Shown here piece by piece: positions 1-10,424 of a stretch of 64,000 nt of DNA. Under the pieces are notes generated by a model. It was not told the origin of the DNA and searched no databases. It worked only from the letters and a program-made list of their open reading frames with translations. The translations under genes and the position numbers were made by a program. The DNA is taken from NCBI GenBank assembly GCA_003331635.1, contig QOPH01000002.1, positions 210,412-274,411 of the forward strand, read 5' to 3'. Numbering within the stretch: the stretch's first letter is position 1; each line of letters starts with the position of its first letter. This DNA comes from SAR86 cluster bacterium. Lineage in GTDB: Bacteria > Pseudomonadota > Gammaproteobacteria > Magnimaribacterales > TMED112.

Positions 1-236
1 GAAAAAACAATTAATCCAGGTGTAATGTATTTGCCTTCAGAATTTATTACATTTTCTGAAACGCTTGAATCGATTTCATCCTCAATGGAAATTATTAAAC
101 CCTCATCAACTAAGATATCTTTTTTTACAAACCCTACATTTGGAAGAAATACATTTCCTCCTTTTAGTAAATACATATCATTAGCATGAGAAAAAAGAAA
201 AAAAGGAAATAAAATTAAAAACCTTATTAATCTCAT
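1..236 (-). CDS. amidohydrolase-family protein, N-terminal part only (runs off window start)
   Basis: Not in the ORF track because it is truncated. My minus-strand translation from the ATG at 236-234 gives MRLIRFLILFPFFLFSHANDMYLLKGGNVFLPNVGF...NSEGKYITPGLIVF. It has a signal-like N-terminus and a GKY(I/V)TPG motif shared with the adjacent amidohydrolase. The start overlaps the upstream stop as TAATG. Confidence 0.55.
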   Translation of the reverse strand, partial: MRLIRFLILFPFFLFSHANDMYLLKGGNVFLPNVGFVKKDILVDEGLIISIEDEIDSSVSENVINSEGKYITPGLIVF

Positions 237-1618
237 TATTTTTCCTCCCACTCTTTTATACCAATATCAAAATCTGTATGCGGCATGAAATTAGATGCTT
301 TATCAAATGTTAAAGCTCCATCGATATATACTTGTTCAGCTTTTGTGTAAATGCTAAATGGATTTCCATTCCAAATTACTAAATCAGCATCTTTTCCTAA
401 ATCCAAAGTTCCTGTCTTATCTAAAATTCCAAGTGATTTCGCAGGATTTTTAGTGAGCCAAGTCATTGCTCTAGCTTCTGAAATTACAAATCCTGCTCTT
501 CTTCCTGCCGCTAATGCTTTAGCTGCCTCTTGATTAAGTCTTTGTATTCCGCTCGCACTATCTGAGTGCACTATTGCACAACCCGTACCACCTCGAGCCT
601 GATCAACTATCGCAATGTTGGCGATAGTCATATCATATGCTTCATGTTTAAACCCCCACCAATCTGCCCAAAGAGCTGCACATATTCCCTCATCAGCAAG
701 GAGATCGGCAATTTTATAGGCTTCTACACCATGGTGAAATGTTGAAACTTTGTATCCAAACTCTTGAGATATATTGATCATAGTAGCCATTTCGTCAGCT
801 CTATAACAGTGATTATGAACAAGAATTTTTCCATCTAACACACCTACTAGAGTCTCGTTTTTTATATCTCTGTGTTCTGGATCTCTTTCTAAACGTTTTT
901 TATGATTTTCTGCTCCTATCCATGCTTTTCTATAACCAGCAACATTTCCCATTCTTGTTGATGGCCCTCTTGATCTATAAACTCTTTTGGGGTTTTCTCC
1001 ACATGCCATTTTAAGTGAATGAGGTGCATCAGGAAATTTCATATCAGGAATAGTATTTCCGGAAACATTTTTAAGGGTAACCCCTCTTCCACCAAATAAA
1101 TTTGCTGAGCCAGGCAAAACATGGAAGGTAGTTACTCCTCCAGCTAAAGCAAGTTTATATTGTGGATCTTGAGACCAAACACTATGCTCTGCCCAAACTT
1201 CAGCTGTTACTGGATTTGTTGCTTCATTACCATCACTACTAGTTCTTACACCTGGAGCAGGGTAGACTCCCATATGCGAATGATTATCAACTATTCCTGG
1301 AGTTACATATTTTCCAGTTGCATCAATCTCTCTCGCACCCTCTACCTCCAAATCAACTCCAAGATTTTTAATTTTTCCATCAGAAAAATGCACATCATAA
1401 TCAAGAAATTTGTTCCCGTTACCATCAAAAATGGTCGCATTTCTTATTACTACATTTTCAGATTTAAGAGGAGTATATGTGGAAGCATAGGTTCCATGAA
1501 TATCATCTTCAAAATTTTTTGCTGAGCCCTCAATCTCAGATTTAAAAAATGATGGAGCATCGGAACCACATCCATATAAAACAGCTAATGTAAGCAGTAC
1601 AATTAATTTTTTTATCAT
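236..1618 (-). CDS. metal-dependent amidohydrolase, probable lipoprotein
   Basis: 460-aa ORF with a lipobox-like signal (LAVLYGCGS). It carries the amidohydrolase metal-ligand motif TPGIVDNHSHMG, later HHGVEA and VHSD, and a DADLVIW C-terminal motif. Confidence 0.8.
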   Translation of the reverse strand: MIKKLIVLLTLAVLYGCGSDAPSFFKSEIEGSAKNFEDDIHGTYASTYTPLKSENVVIRNATIFDGNGNKFLDYDVHFSDGKIKNLGVDLEVEGAREIDATGKYVTPGIVDNHSHMGVYPAPGVRTSSDGNEATNPVTAEVWAEHSVWSQDPQYKLALAGGVTTFHVLPGSANLFGGRGVTLKNVSGNTIPDMKFPDAPHSLKMACGENPKRVYRSRGPSTRMGNVAGYRKAWIGAENHKKRLERDPEHRDIKNETLVGVLDGKILVHNHCYRADEMATMINISQEFGYKVSTFHHGVEAYKIADLLADEGICAALWADWWGFKHEAYDMTIANIAIVDQARGGTGCAIVHSDSASGIQRLNQEAAKALAAGRRAGFVISEARAMTWLTKNPAKSLGILDKTGTLDLGKDADLVIWNGNPFSIYTKAEQVYIDGALTFDKASNFMPHTDFDIGIKEWEEK

Positions 1619-1661
1619 GACTTTTTCCTTAGATGTATAATAGTAAACAACTATTACACCT

Positions 1662-2369
1662 ATGCAAAGAACTGATAAACGTAACTTTGATCAACTCAGA
1701 GAAATAAGTATAACTCCTACATTTAATATTCATGCAGAAGGTTCTGCTCTGACTAAATTTGGAAATACACATGTGATCTGTAATGCAACTATAGAAAAGG
1801 CAATTCCTAGATGGATGACAGATGTGAAAACAGGATGGGTAACTGCTGAATACGGGATGTTACCGAGATCAACTAATGAAAGAATGAACAGAGAAGCACA
1901 GAGAGGCAAGCAGTCTGGAAGGACTCTTGAAATACAAAGACTAATAGGCAGATCTCTGAGGCAAGTAGTAGATTTAAAAAAACTTACAGGCTATACAATA
2001 ACTGTAGATTGTGATGTTATTCAGGCAGATGGTGGAACTAGAACAGCTTCTATAACTGGCGGCACCGTTGCATTATGTCTTGCTCTTAAAAAAATAAATA
2101 TGGAAGACGCAATAAATAATTTAGTTGCAGCAGTAAGTGTTGGAGTAAATAACAAAACCTGCCTTCTAGATTTGAACTATGAGGAAGATAGCAGTGCGGA
2201 TTCAGATATTAATATTGTCATGAATGAAAATCTTGATTTAATTGAAGTTCAAGGAACTGCTGAAGAAAAACCATTCTCTAAAGAAGAATTTAGTACTTTG
2301 ATAAATTTAGCTGAAAATGGGATAAAAGATCTCATTTCCCTTCAAAGGGAGATCATAGAGGATAAGTGA
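1662..2369 (+). CDS. rph: ribonuclease PH
   Basis: 235 aa with the conserved RNase PH core DCDVIQADGGTRTASITG. It shows the classical rph-pyrE adjacency. Confidence 0.95.
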   Translation: MQRTDKRNFDQLREISITPTFNIHAEGSALTKFGNTHVICNATIEKAIPRWMTDVKTGWVTAEYGMLPRSTNERMNREAQRGKQSGRTLEIQRLIGRSLRQVVDLKKLTGYTITVDCDVIQADGGTRTASITGGTVALCLALKKINMEDAINNLVAAVSVGVNNKTCLLDLNYEEDSSADSDINIVMNENLDLIEVQGTAEEKPFSKEEFSTLINLAENGIKDLISLQREIIEDK

Positions 2370-3004
2370 AAAAATATCAGAAGAAATTCATCGAATTATC
2401 ATTACAAGCAAAAGCATTGAAATTCGGAGATTTTACGCTCAAATCCGGAAGACAAAGTCCATACTTTTTTAATGCAGCATCATTTATTGAATACGGAGAA
2501 TTATCAATATTAGCTAATTGTTTAAAGGCAAAGGTTAAAGAAGATGGTCTTAAATTTGACATGATTTTTGGACCTGCATACAAAGGTATTTTTTTAGCTA
2601 CTCTACTAGCAAATAAAATGAGTGAGAAAAAAAGAATGCCAGTTTGCTTCAATAGAAAGGAGATTAAAGATCATGGAGAAGGTGGGATGCTCATTGGTGC
2701 AAAACCAAAAGGCAAAGTTTTAATTGTTGACGATGTCTTATCATCAGGACTAGCAATAAGTGAGAGTGTAAATTTTCTTTCCTTCTATGATGTGGAGATA
2801 GTAGGTGCTTTAGTAACCCTTAATAGACTTGAAAAAGGACTCAATACAGATAACACAGCTTCAGGCGAATTGGAGCTTAAAGGAGTAAATATTTTTCAGA
2901 TAATATCTTTGGATGACCTATTGGAAGCAGATGAATTGATTAGTAAAGAAAATGCAAAAAAAATGAAAGAATACAGAGAGAACTATAGAGGTAATGATGT
3001 TTAG
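2366..3004 (+). CDS. pyrE: orotate phosphoribosyltransferase
   Basis: GTG start in a GTGA overlap with the rph stop. N-terminus is MKKYQKKFIE...FGDFTLKSGRQSPYFFN, with the PRPP loop VLIVDDVLSSG. Confidence 0.95.
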   Translation: MKKYQKKFIELSLQAKALKFGDFTLKSGRQSPYFFNAASFIEYGELSILANCLKAKVKEDGLKFDMIFGPAYKGIFLATLLANKMSEKKRMPVCFNRKEIKDHGEGGMLIGAKPKGKVLIVDDVLSSGLAISESVNFLSFYDVEIVGALVTLNRLEKGLNTDNTASGELELKGVNIFQIISLDDLLEADELISKENAKKMKEYRENYRGNDV

Positions 3005-3605
3005 TGGAATAGTTCAAACTGTAGGAAAGATTGAATCGATTAAGGATAAAAACCACATCAAAACAATAAGAATTGAAACACATGGTAACTATCTTGAAGA
3101 TATTGCTATAGGGCAAAGTGTGTCAATTGATGGGGTTTGCCTATCTTTAGTTAAAAAAAATGATGAATGCTGTGAGTTTGAAGCAGTTGAAGAAACAGTA
3201 AATAGGACTACTTTAGGAATTTATAAGCAAGGCTCAAAAGTAAATTTAGAGAAATCTCTTAAATTCGGTGACACTGTTGGCGGACATTTTGTTTCAGGAC
3301 ACATTCACACTAGAGGCAGGATAGTTGAAGTAGAGTTAGTTGGGGAATCTAAAAATATTCTTATTGAAATCGAAGAAAAATGGATTAAGTATTTAACTGA
3401 AAAAGGTTACATTTCTATTAACGGTGCCAGCATCACAATAGGAAAGGTCTCAAAAAACACTTTTTATGTTCATCTTATTCCTGAAACATTAAAGACAACA
3501 AATCTTGATGAACTTATTTACGACAACTATGTAAATTTAGAGTTTGATCAAGCAACAATAGCTATTGTTGATACAACTGAGAGACTAATCAATCAAAAGA
3601 GATAA
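2994..3605 (+). CDS. ribE: riboflavin synthase (alpha chain)
   Basis: MMFSGIVQTVGKI start; the true start may be the second ATG at 2997. Two lumazine-binding repeats are present (second is GHFVSGHIHTRG). Confidence 0.9.
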   Translation: MMFSGIVQTVGKIESIKDKNHIKTIRIETHGNYLEDIAIGQSVSIDGVCLSLVKKNDECCEFEAVEETVNRTTLGIYKQGSKVNLEKSLKFGDTVGGHFVSGHIHTRGRIVEVELVGESKNILIEIEEKWIKYLTEKGYISINGASITIGKVSKNTFYVHLIPETLKTTNLDELIYDNYVNLEFDQATIAIVDTTERLINQKR

Positions 3606-4475
3606 GATTCCTGCTCTAAGGTAAAGACCATTTTCAACTTGATCCAAAATAATTGAATTATTTGAATTAGAAACTGATTTTGTTATTTCATAATCAAGAT
3701 TTACAGGGCCAGGATGCATAATCTTTCCATTGAAATTGGTAAATTCAAGAAACTCATCATTAACTTGATAATTTTTTATGTAATTTTGTAAGTCTAAATT
3801 TTCGTCTTCATGAAATCTTTCATTTTGAATTCTAAGTACATAAAGAAAGTCAAAGCCCTCAAGACAATTTTCAGTAATATCATTTTTCTGAGGAGTAAAA
3901 TTTGATGGTATTAATTCTTTTGGACCGAAAAAATCTATTTGTTTGCAGTCCATTTTTTTAAGTCCTGAAAAAAGAGATGGAATAACTCTGGAATGTTTAA
4001 CATCTCCTATCACTGCTACTTTTGAATCAGATATTTTCTTTAATTTTGAAATTGTAAATGCATCAAGAAGTCCTTGTGTTGGATGCGCATGATTACCATC
4101 TCCGGCATTTATAAAAAGAACTTCTTTTGGCAATAATTTTGCTATTTGTTCCGATATTTTATTTTCCGGGTGTCTCATCACAAGCCCATCAATCTTTAAT
4201 GATATTAATGTATTTAATGTATCTTCTAATGACTCCCCTTTTTGAACAGATGAAAGGGATGGTGAAAAATCTAAAACATTAAAACCTAGAGCTTTAGCTG
4301 CATGTTCAAAGGAAAGTTTTGTTCTGGTACTAGGTTCCCAAAAAAAGAGACAAATTGTTTTGTTTTGTCCAACTTTTTTTAAATTAGACCAAGTTTTTTC
4401 AATGTTTAAAGCCTCAGAAAAAAAACCCTCAATTTGTTTTTTATCGAGCTTTTCAACTGTTGTTAATTTATTCAT
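3585..4475 (-). CDS. pyrB: aspartate carbamoyltransferase catalytic subunit
   Basis: 296 aa with the carbamoyl-phosphate motif STRTKLSFE, then HAHPTQGLLD and HPGPVN. No pyrI follows. Its 3' end overlaps ribE convergently by 21 nt. Confidence 0.9.
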   Translation of the reverse strand: MNKLTTVEKLDKKQIEGFFSEALNIEKTWSNLKKVGQNKTICLFFWEPSTRTKLSFEHAAKALGFNVLDFSPSLSSVQKGESLEDTLNTLISLKIDGLVMRHPENKISEQIAKLLPKEVLFINAGDGNHAHPTQGLLDAFTISKLKKISDSKVAVIGDVKHSRVIPSLFSGLKKMDCKQIDFFGPKELIPSNFTPQKNDITENCLEGFDFLYVLRIQNERFHEDENLDLQNYIKNYQVNDEFLEFTNFNGKIMHPGPVNLDYEITKSVSNSNNSIILDQVENGLYLRAGILSLLID

Positions 4476-6619
4476 GCCATTCTTCTCTTTACTTCAGTGA
4501 CAGTTTTGTTTTTTCTCAATAGATTTGTAATTTTGCTGAGATGTTTAGTATTTTTTACTGTATATTTTATGTTAAGTTCAATAAAGCTCTCATCTAATTG
4601 TTGTGTAGCAACACCTTGAATATTTGAATCGTTCTGTGAAATAATTTTTGAAATCTCTGCAAGCACTCCTGGTTCATTTCTGAGAGTAAGTTTGAGCGTT
4701 GATGTAAATTCTGCATCAGGATCTTGTTCCCAAATAACATCTGAACAGCTTCCTTGTTTGTTAATAAGAAATTTTAAATTTTTGCATCCGTTTCGATGAA
4801 CAGATATTCCTAATTCATTATGTACCGCTAGGCATGGGTCTCCTGAGACTGGATAGCAACATTCTGGGAAGCTTATAGCCCCGTATTTTTTTGAGGAACC
4901 TATTTTTATTTTTGATGTAATTTCTGCTTGCCTTTTAAATCCTCTCAAACCCTCTGCAAAACTTTGCAAAACAATATTACTTGTTCTTTTTCCTGAACCA
5001 ATATCAACCAAGAGTTGGTTAAGGTTTCTCACTCCTATGAGCTTAAAAACTCCTTTTAGACTTTCATCAGGGTAATCTTTTAATTCTATCCCAGCGTCTT
5101 CCAATGAATTTTCTAGCAAATCTTTTCCAAGAACTCTTAGATCAGCTAGCCGCATATTTTTTAACTGTCTTTTTATCGAATGAATTGCTTTTGGAGTAAC
5201 TACATAGTTAAGCCAATGGGGATTAACCGTCTTCTTTTTGCCTTTGATAATCTCAATTGTTTGTCCACTTTCAAGGATTGTTGTAACAGGTGATAATTTT
5301 TTATCTATTTCACACGATAAGCAGTGATTTCCTAGCTCATTGTGTATAGCATAGGCAAAATCGATCGGAGTGGCTCCCTGATTTAGGGAAAAGATTCTCC
5401 CATTTGGAGAGAATACATAAACTTCTTTCCCCTTCAGGTCAGTTTTTAGGTTTTGTAAAAATTCTTGAGATGAAGAACTACTCTTAGACATTTCTGTTAA
5501 TCTTTGAACTAACTGCCTAGATTTTGCTTGTATTAAATCATCACTAACATTAGTTTTATAGAGCCCATGTGAAGCTATTCCATAGTTTGCAAAAGTTTCC
5601 ATTGCTGAACTCTGAATTTGAACTTCCATAGGAACGCCATCAAAAGTCATCACTACAGTATGTAATGCTTGATACCCATTAGCTTTTGGCACCGCAACAT
5701 AATCTTTGAATCTCCCAACTAGTGGAGTAAAAATACTATGTATAAGGCCTAATGATCTGTAACAATCTCCAGCATTTTTCACAACGACTCTAAAAGCAAA
5801 AACATCATAAATATCTGAAAAAGATGTCTTTTTAGCTTTCATTTTTTGATAAATACTAAAAATTCTTTTTTCTCTTCCTGTAATTTTGACATCTATATTA
5901 TTTTCATGAAATTTTGTCTTTAAAACTTTTTTAACTTTTGAAATCATACTTTTTCTGCTTAGATCATTTTTCTTCAGCGCATCTTTTATTAATTGATATC
6001 TAACTGGATGTAATGTTTTAAAAGATATGTCTTCAAGATCTGTAGCCATTTTGTGCATTCCAATCTGATGAGCTAGGGGTGCGTAAAGTTCTAAAGTCTC
6101 TTTAGATTTTTTTATTTGTTTATCTCTAGGTAAGTGCTCGATTGTTTTTAAGTTATGTAATCTATCTGCCAATTTGATTATTACTACTCTTACATCTTCT
6201 GCTGTAGCTAAAGCCATTTTTTGAAAATATTCTGCTTGTCCTTGATCAATTAATTTTTCATCTAACTGAAGGAGCTTTGTAACTCCATTCACTAAATTGC
6301 TTACATTTTTGCCAAATAATTTTTTTACTTCTTTAAGAGATATTTCGCAGTCCTCTACAACATCATGGAGAAGGCCTGCAACAATCGTATCTCCATCCAT
6401 TTTTAATCCTGCTAGAATTATTCCAACATTTATAGGGTGTATGAGGAACGGCTCTCCACTTTTTCTGAATTGGCCGTCATGAGCCTTATCAGCAAAATCA
6501 ACTGCCTTTTGTATATTTTTTCTTGCGTTTGTTGCTAGATATTTTTTGGATAAGTCGTCTAACTCATAGCTAAGCTTTGAGGTTTTAGGTTTTTTAAAGA
6601 TATTTAAAGATTCAAGCAA
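4472..6619 (-). CDS. spoT: bifunctional (p)ppGpp synthetase/hydrolase
   Basis: 715 aa with the HD hydrolase motif (LLHDVVED), a RelA/SpoT synthetase core, and TGS and ACT-like C-terminal regions. It sits downstream of rpoZ as in gammaproteobacteria. Confidence 0.9.
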   Translation of the reverse strand: MLESLNIFKKPKTSKLSYELDDLSKKYLATNARKNIQKAVDFADKAHDGQFRKSGEPFLIHPINVGIILAGLKMDGDTIVAGLLHDVVEDCEISLKEVKKLFGKNVSNLVNGVTKLLQLDEKLIDQGQAEYFQKMALATAEDVRVVIIKLADRLHNLKTIEHLPRDKQIKKSKETLELYAPLAHQIGMHKMATDLEDISFKTLHPVRYQLIKDALKKNDLSRKSMISKVKKVLKTKFHENNIDVKITGREKRIFSIYQKMKAKKTSFSDIYDVFAFRVVVKNAGDCYRSLGLIHSIFTPLVGRFKDYVAVPKANGYQALHTVVMTFDGVPMEVQIQSSAMETFANYGIASHGLYKTNVSDDLIQAKSRQLVQRLTEMSKSSSSSQEFLQNLKTDLKGKEVYVFSPNGRIFSLNQGATPIDFAYAIHNELGNHCLSCEIDKKLSPVTTILESGQTIEIIKGKKKTVNPHWLNYVVTPKAIHSIKRQLKNMRLADLRVLGKDLLENSLEDAGIELKDYPDESLKGVFKLIGVRNLNQLLVDIGSGKRTSNIVLQSFAEGLRGFKRQAEITSKIKIGSSKKYGAISFPECCYPVSGDPCLAVHNELGISVHRNGCKNLKFLINKQGSCSDVIWEQDPDAEFTSTLKLTLRNEPGVLAEISKIISQNDSNIQGVATQQLDESFIELNIKYTVKNTKHLSKITNLLRKNKTVTEVKRRMA

Positions 6620-6628
6620 ATAAAACTC

Positions 6629-6880
6629 CTACTCATCATTTTCATTATCAAGAATTTCAGCTTCAGTGTCACTAACGTCTTCAGAAGAAATATTTTCCTC
6701 ATCTAGCAACCCCTCTTCAATCTCTCTTAATGCAATGATAGTAGGTTTATCTTCTTCAGGATCTACCAAAGGTTCAGAACTTGTTGAAATAAGATCTCGC
6801 GCTCTTTGCGCAGCTTTGAGAACAAGTTCGAATCTACTTTCAACTTGTTTTAAACAATCTTCTACTGTAACTCTAGCCAT
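6629..6880 (-). CDS. rpoZ: DNA-directed RNA polymerase subunit omega
   Basis: Track ORF trimmed to the internal ATG at 6880, giving the canonical [10 protein letters not shown]... N-terminus (83 aa). The acidic C-terminal tail is retained. Confidence 0.9.
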   Translation of the reverse strand: MARVTVEDCLKQVESRFELVLKAAQRARDLISTSSEPLVDPEEDKPTIIALREIEEGLLDEENISSEDVSDTEAEILDNENDE

Positions 6881-7457
6881 GGTTTTCTCTGAAGATGATA
6901 TTAATAAGCTTTTTAGTAGCTGTGTCAAGGGAAAAGTTAATAATTTCGTGTTTGAAGTTTGTTTTTTGCAAAATTTCTTTTTCAGCTCCACTGACTCTTT
7001 GATTTATTACGTCTTCTGAATCTAATCCTCTATCAAGAAGTCTCTGTCTTAAATCCTCTATAGATGGAGGCGATATAAAAACACTTTCAGCCTTTGGATA
7101 TGCTTTTAAAATATTTAATGCTCCTTGCCAATCTATTTCCATTATTACAATAAAATCATCTGCCAAGAAAGAATCAATTGAGTCTTTTGGTGTCCCATAT
7201 AAATTTCCATGAACCATTGCGTATTCAACGTATACCTCATTATTTATGTTTTTTTTAAATGTATTTTCGTCAATAAAACAATAATCGACACCATCTATTT
7301 CTCCTTCCCTCGGTGTTCTGGTTGTATGTGAAAGTGTTAAATGAACTTTATGTCCTTTAGTTTCTGCATGGCTTAAAATGTTTTTAATTAAACTAGTTTT
7401 TCCAGCTCCTGATGGAGCGGTAATTATAAAGAGCTGATCTTGCTTATCACTCAACAT
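6873..7457 (-). CDS. gmk: guanylate kinase
   Basis: Trimmed to the ATG at 7457 ([24 protein letters not shown]-loop). TTRTPREGE and the downstream GMP-binding region are present. Confidence 0.9.
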   Translation of the reverse strand: MLSDKQDQLFIITAPSGAGKTSLIKNILSHAETKGHKVHLTLSHTTRTPREGEIDGVDYCFIDENTFKKNINNEVYVEYAMVHGNLYGTPKDSIDSFLADDFIVIMEIDWQGALNILKAYPKAESVFISPPSIEDLRQRLLDRGLDSEDVINQRVSGAEKEILQKTNFKHEIINFSLDTATKKLINIIFRENHG

Positions 7458-8292
7458 TTTGTGCGTGCTCTTTAACTCTTTCAATATAACTTTTAAGCTC
7501 AACAGACTCGTTTTTAATATCGGCAATTAATGCTTTTGATGACATAGTGTTTGCCTCTCTCAATAACTCTTGTGTGTAGAAATCTAATTTTTTACCAATT
7601 GGTTGTTTCAAATGAATTAATTCTTTAACTAAATCTAAATGTGAAACAAATCTAACAACTTCCTCATTAATATCGGATTTATTAATATTTGAAAAAACCT
7701 CTGAAAAATTAATCTCTTTCCCCTCTGCATTTAACTCTTTTCTATATTTTTTAAATTTTTTAAAGATTTGTTTTGAATTTACTTTTTCTAATTTCTTTAC
7801 TCTTTTAATAATCTTATCCATCGCCCCCAGAAGCTTTACTAAATCTTTTTTAATATTTTTTCCTTCTTTGTCTCTTGCAACTTTTAAATTAAAAATTGCT
7901 TTTGAAACAAGATCTTTTAATCCGGATGGGCTTTCAGAAATTTGCCTCGAGGAAAAATCTTGAATTTTTATTAATTGAGCTAAAGATGAAGGGCCAACAT
8001 TAACACCTTTCGATTTCAAATCTAATTCACTTTTCTTTATGAGCTTAATAAAACTTTTATCTAAAGACAGGTTCTCTGTCTGTTTGTTTGAGCTGATAAG
8101 CTCAATCTCAATCTTTCCCCTTGAAAACTTACTATTTATTTTTTCCCGCAACCAGCCTTCATTCTCTTTAAGCTCAGCTGGGAGTTTAATTGAAACCTCT
8201 AAAAACCTACTATTAAGTGATTTTAGAATACATTTATATTCAATTTTGTCTTTAGTAAGTGTTTCAACACTAAAGCCTGTCATGCTTTTCAT
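7447..8292 (-). CDS. yicC: YicC-family stress-induced protein
   Basis: 281 aa starting MKSMTGF. The C-terminal motif LLREANTMSSKA is typical of the YicC/DUF1732 family. It lies upstream of gmk as in E. coli. Confidence 0.85.
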   Translation of the reverse strand: MKSMTGFSVETLTKDKIEYKCILKSLNSRFLEVSIKLPAELKENEGWLREKINSKFSRGKIEIELISSNKQTENLSLDKSFIKLIKKSELDLKSKGVNVGPSSLAQLIKIQDFSSRQISESPSGLKDLVSKAIFNLKVARDKEGKNIKKDLVKLLGAMDKIIKRVKKLEKVNSKQIFKKFKKYRKELNAEGKEINFSEVFSNINKSDINEEVVRFVSHLDLVKELIHLKQPIGKKLDFYTQELLREANTMSSKALIADIKNESVELKSYIERVKEHAQNVE

Positions 8293-8363
8293 ATATCAAA
8301 CATTTTAAATAATTAAAATTTTCTCCACTATTATATAAATATAAACATAATAATAAGTAGCAA

Positions 8364-10424
8364 ATGTCGGAAGGAAATAAATTAAATGCAACTTCTTTAC
8401 CTATATCTTCATTAAAAGGGGTTGGTGAAAAACTTTCAAATTCTTTAATAAAACTTGGTATTAGAAACCTTGAAGACTTGCTATTTCACTTTCCAATTGA
8501 TTATTTAGACAGAACTAAGCTGGAACAAATAGCTGACTTAACTCCTGAAAATGACTTTGTAATTAGGGGTGAAATAGAAAAGGTTTCACAAACTTTTGTT
8601 CCCAGAAAAATGTTGTTGGTAAAAGTCAAAGATAAAAGTGGGCAAATCTTTTTAAGATTTTTTTATTATTTCCCAAGTTTAAGAAATATATTTAAAGAAG
8701 GAGCAAATATCCAAGTTGCTGGAAAAAGTAGATTAGGAAGATATGGTTTAGAAACAATTCATCCCGATTATGAGATTCTAAATAATGAAGATTTTATTCC
8801 AAAGATACTTCCAAAATACCGTTTAACAAAAGGAATAACACAGCAAAAAATAAGGAAAATAATATCTCAAACATGTCAACTTTTAAGAGATAAGAAAATT
8901 GAGATAGATGATTATATTAACCATCCAAATTTTCAATCCCTAAATGATGCAGTTGTAGGGATCCATCAACCAGATCATAAAAACCCGATAAATGACTATT
9001 TAATAGGAGGAGAATCAAAAGCAAGATTGAGAATTGGTTTAGAAGAAATTATTGCAAATAAAATAAGTTATCTGTCAATTAAAAAGCAGAATCAGAATAG
9101 GCCTGCTGAAAAATTTGAAAACAACACACTAGCAACAAATATTGAAGAAAATTTACCTTTTTCATTAACACCAGATCAAAAAAAGAGCTATCAAGAAATT
9201 GCTGAAGATATGGCATCGGGATCACCGATGTTAAGACTTCTTCAGGGAGACGTAGGGTCTGGTAAAACAATTGTCGCAGCACTTATTGCTGCGCATGCGG
9301 TAGAGGACCAAAAACAGGTAGTTATTCTTGCTCCAACCACCATTCTTGCAAACCAACATTATGAGAGTTTCTGTGAGTGGTATGGGGATAATAAAGATAT
9401 AGTTTTACTTACTTCAAAACTTCCAGTAAGAGAAAAAAGGGAGATTTATCAAAAAATAAGTGATGGAATAGTAAAAATAATAATAGGCACACATGCAGTA
9501 TTTCAGGATGAGTTAATTTATCAAAATTTATCGCTTGTTATATATGATGAGCAACATAGATTTGGTGTAAATCAGAGACTCAAACTTAAAGAAAAAGCAA
9601 ATGATTATCCCCATCAACTCCTTCTTTCGGCAACGCCAATACCAAGAACTATGGCAATGGGCGTTTTATCAGGTTTAGATATCTCTACAATCAAATCACT
9701 TCCACCTAATAGAATTCCGGTAACGACTTCAACCCTTGTAAATTCGAAAAGAGATGCACTAATTAAAAGAATCCAAAATGCTATTGCGAATGATTCACAG
9801 GTTTACTGGGTTTGTCCTTTAATTGAAGAAAGTGAAAATGATCTTACAGGTATAGAGGAACTAGAAAAAATTTTAAAAAAAGAATTTTCAAAAAATGATT
9901 ATGAAATTATTCATGGAAAAATGAAGGATGATGAGAAGAAGGCAATTATAAAAAACTTTAAAGATCGTAAAACTAAAATTCTTCTTGCTACTACTGTAAT
10001 AGAAGTTGGAATAGATGTACCTGATGCGAATATTATGGTAATTGAAAATGCAGAGAGATTTGGTCTTTCACAATTGCATCAATTAAGAGGAAGAGTAGGA
10101 AGAGGAACAAAAGAGAGTTTCTGTATATTAATGCATAGTGAAACTCTTTCGGAAATATCAAAGGAAAGATTAAGAATTATTACAGAAACTTCAGATGGAT
10201 TTTCAATCGCAGAGTCAGATTTAAAATTACGTGGCCCTGGTGATATATTAGGGCTTTCGCAAACTGGGCTACCTAGTTTTACTTTTTACGATCTTTTATC
10301 TAATAAAGAATTGCAGAATGAAGCAGATAAATATGCAAAAGAAATTATAAAACTACCAGTTGAATCCCAAAGAAAAATTATTGAGAGGTGGTTCCCAGCG
10401 CATCTTGAGTTATCTGATGTTTAG
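8364..10424 (+). CDS. recG: ATP-dependent DNA helicase RecG
   Basis: 686 aa with an N-terminal wedge/OB region, Walker A GDVGSGKT, motif II DEQHRFG, and QLHQLRGRVGRG. Confidence 0.95.
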   Translation: MSEGNKLNATSLPISSLKGVGEKLSNSLIKLGIRNLEDLLFHFPIDYLDRTKLEQIADLTPENDFVIRGEIEKVSQTFVPRKMLLVKVKDKSGQIFLRFFYYFPSLRNIFKEGANIQVAGKSRLGRYGLETIHPDYEILNNEDFIPKILPKYRLTKGITQQKIRKIISQTCQLLRDKKIEIDDYINHPNFQSLNDAVVGIHQPDHKNPINDYLIGGESKARLRIGLEEIIANKISYLSIKKQNQNRPAEKFENNTLATNIEENLPFSLTPDQKKSYQEIAEDMASGSPMLRLLQGDVGSGKTIVAALIAAHAVEDQKQVVILAPTTILANQHYESFCEWYGDNKDIVLLTSKLPVREKREIYQKISDGIVKIIIGTHAVFQDELIYQNLSLVIYDEQHRFGVNQRLKLKEKANDYPHQLLLSATPIPRTMAMGVLSGLDISTIKSLPPNRIPVTTSTLVNSKRDALIKRIQNAIANDSQVYWVCPLIEESENDLTGIEELEKILKKEFSKNDYEIIHGKMKDDEKKAIIKNFKDRKTKILLATTVIEVGIDVPDANIMVIENAERFGLSQLHQLRGRVGRGTKESFCILMHSETLSEISKERLRIITETSDGFSIAESDLKLRGPGDILGLSQTGLPSFTFYDLLSNKELQNEADKYAKEIIKLPVESQRKIIERWFPAHLELSDV

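Noticed and set aside
351-1525. Plus-strand ORFs 351..533 and 1160..1525 inside the amidohydrolase gene.
   Set aside because: They are antisense to a well-supported gene and have low-complexity, Cys/Ile/Phe-rich translations with no motifs. These are typical shadow ORFs of AT-rich coding DNA.
6666-7019. The plus-strand 117-aa ORF, and the 120-aa extended version of rpoZ (to 6991).
   Set aside because: The plus ORF is antisense to rpoZ and gmk and is Ser-rich low complexity. The rpoZ extension lies inside the gmk coding region, and the canonical omega N-terminus MARVTVEDC starts at 6880.
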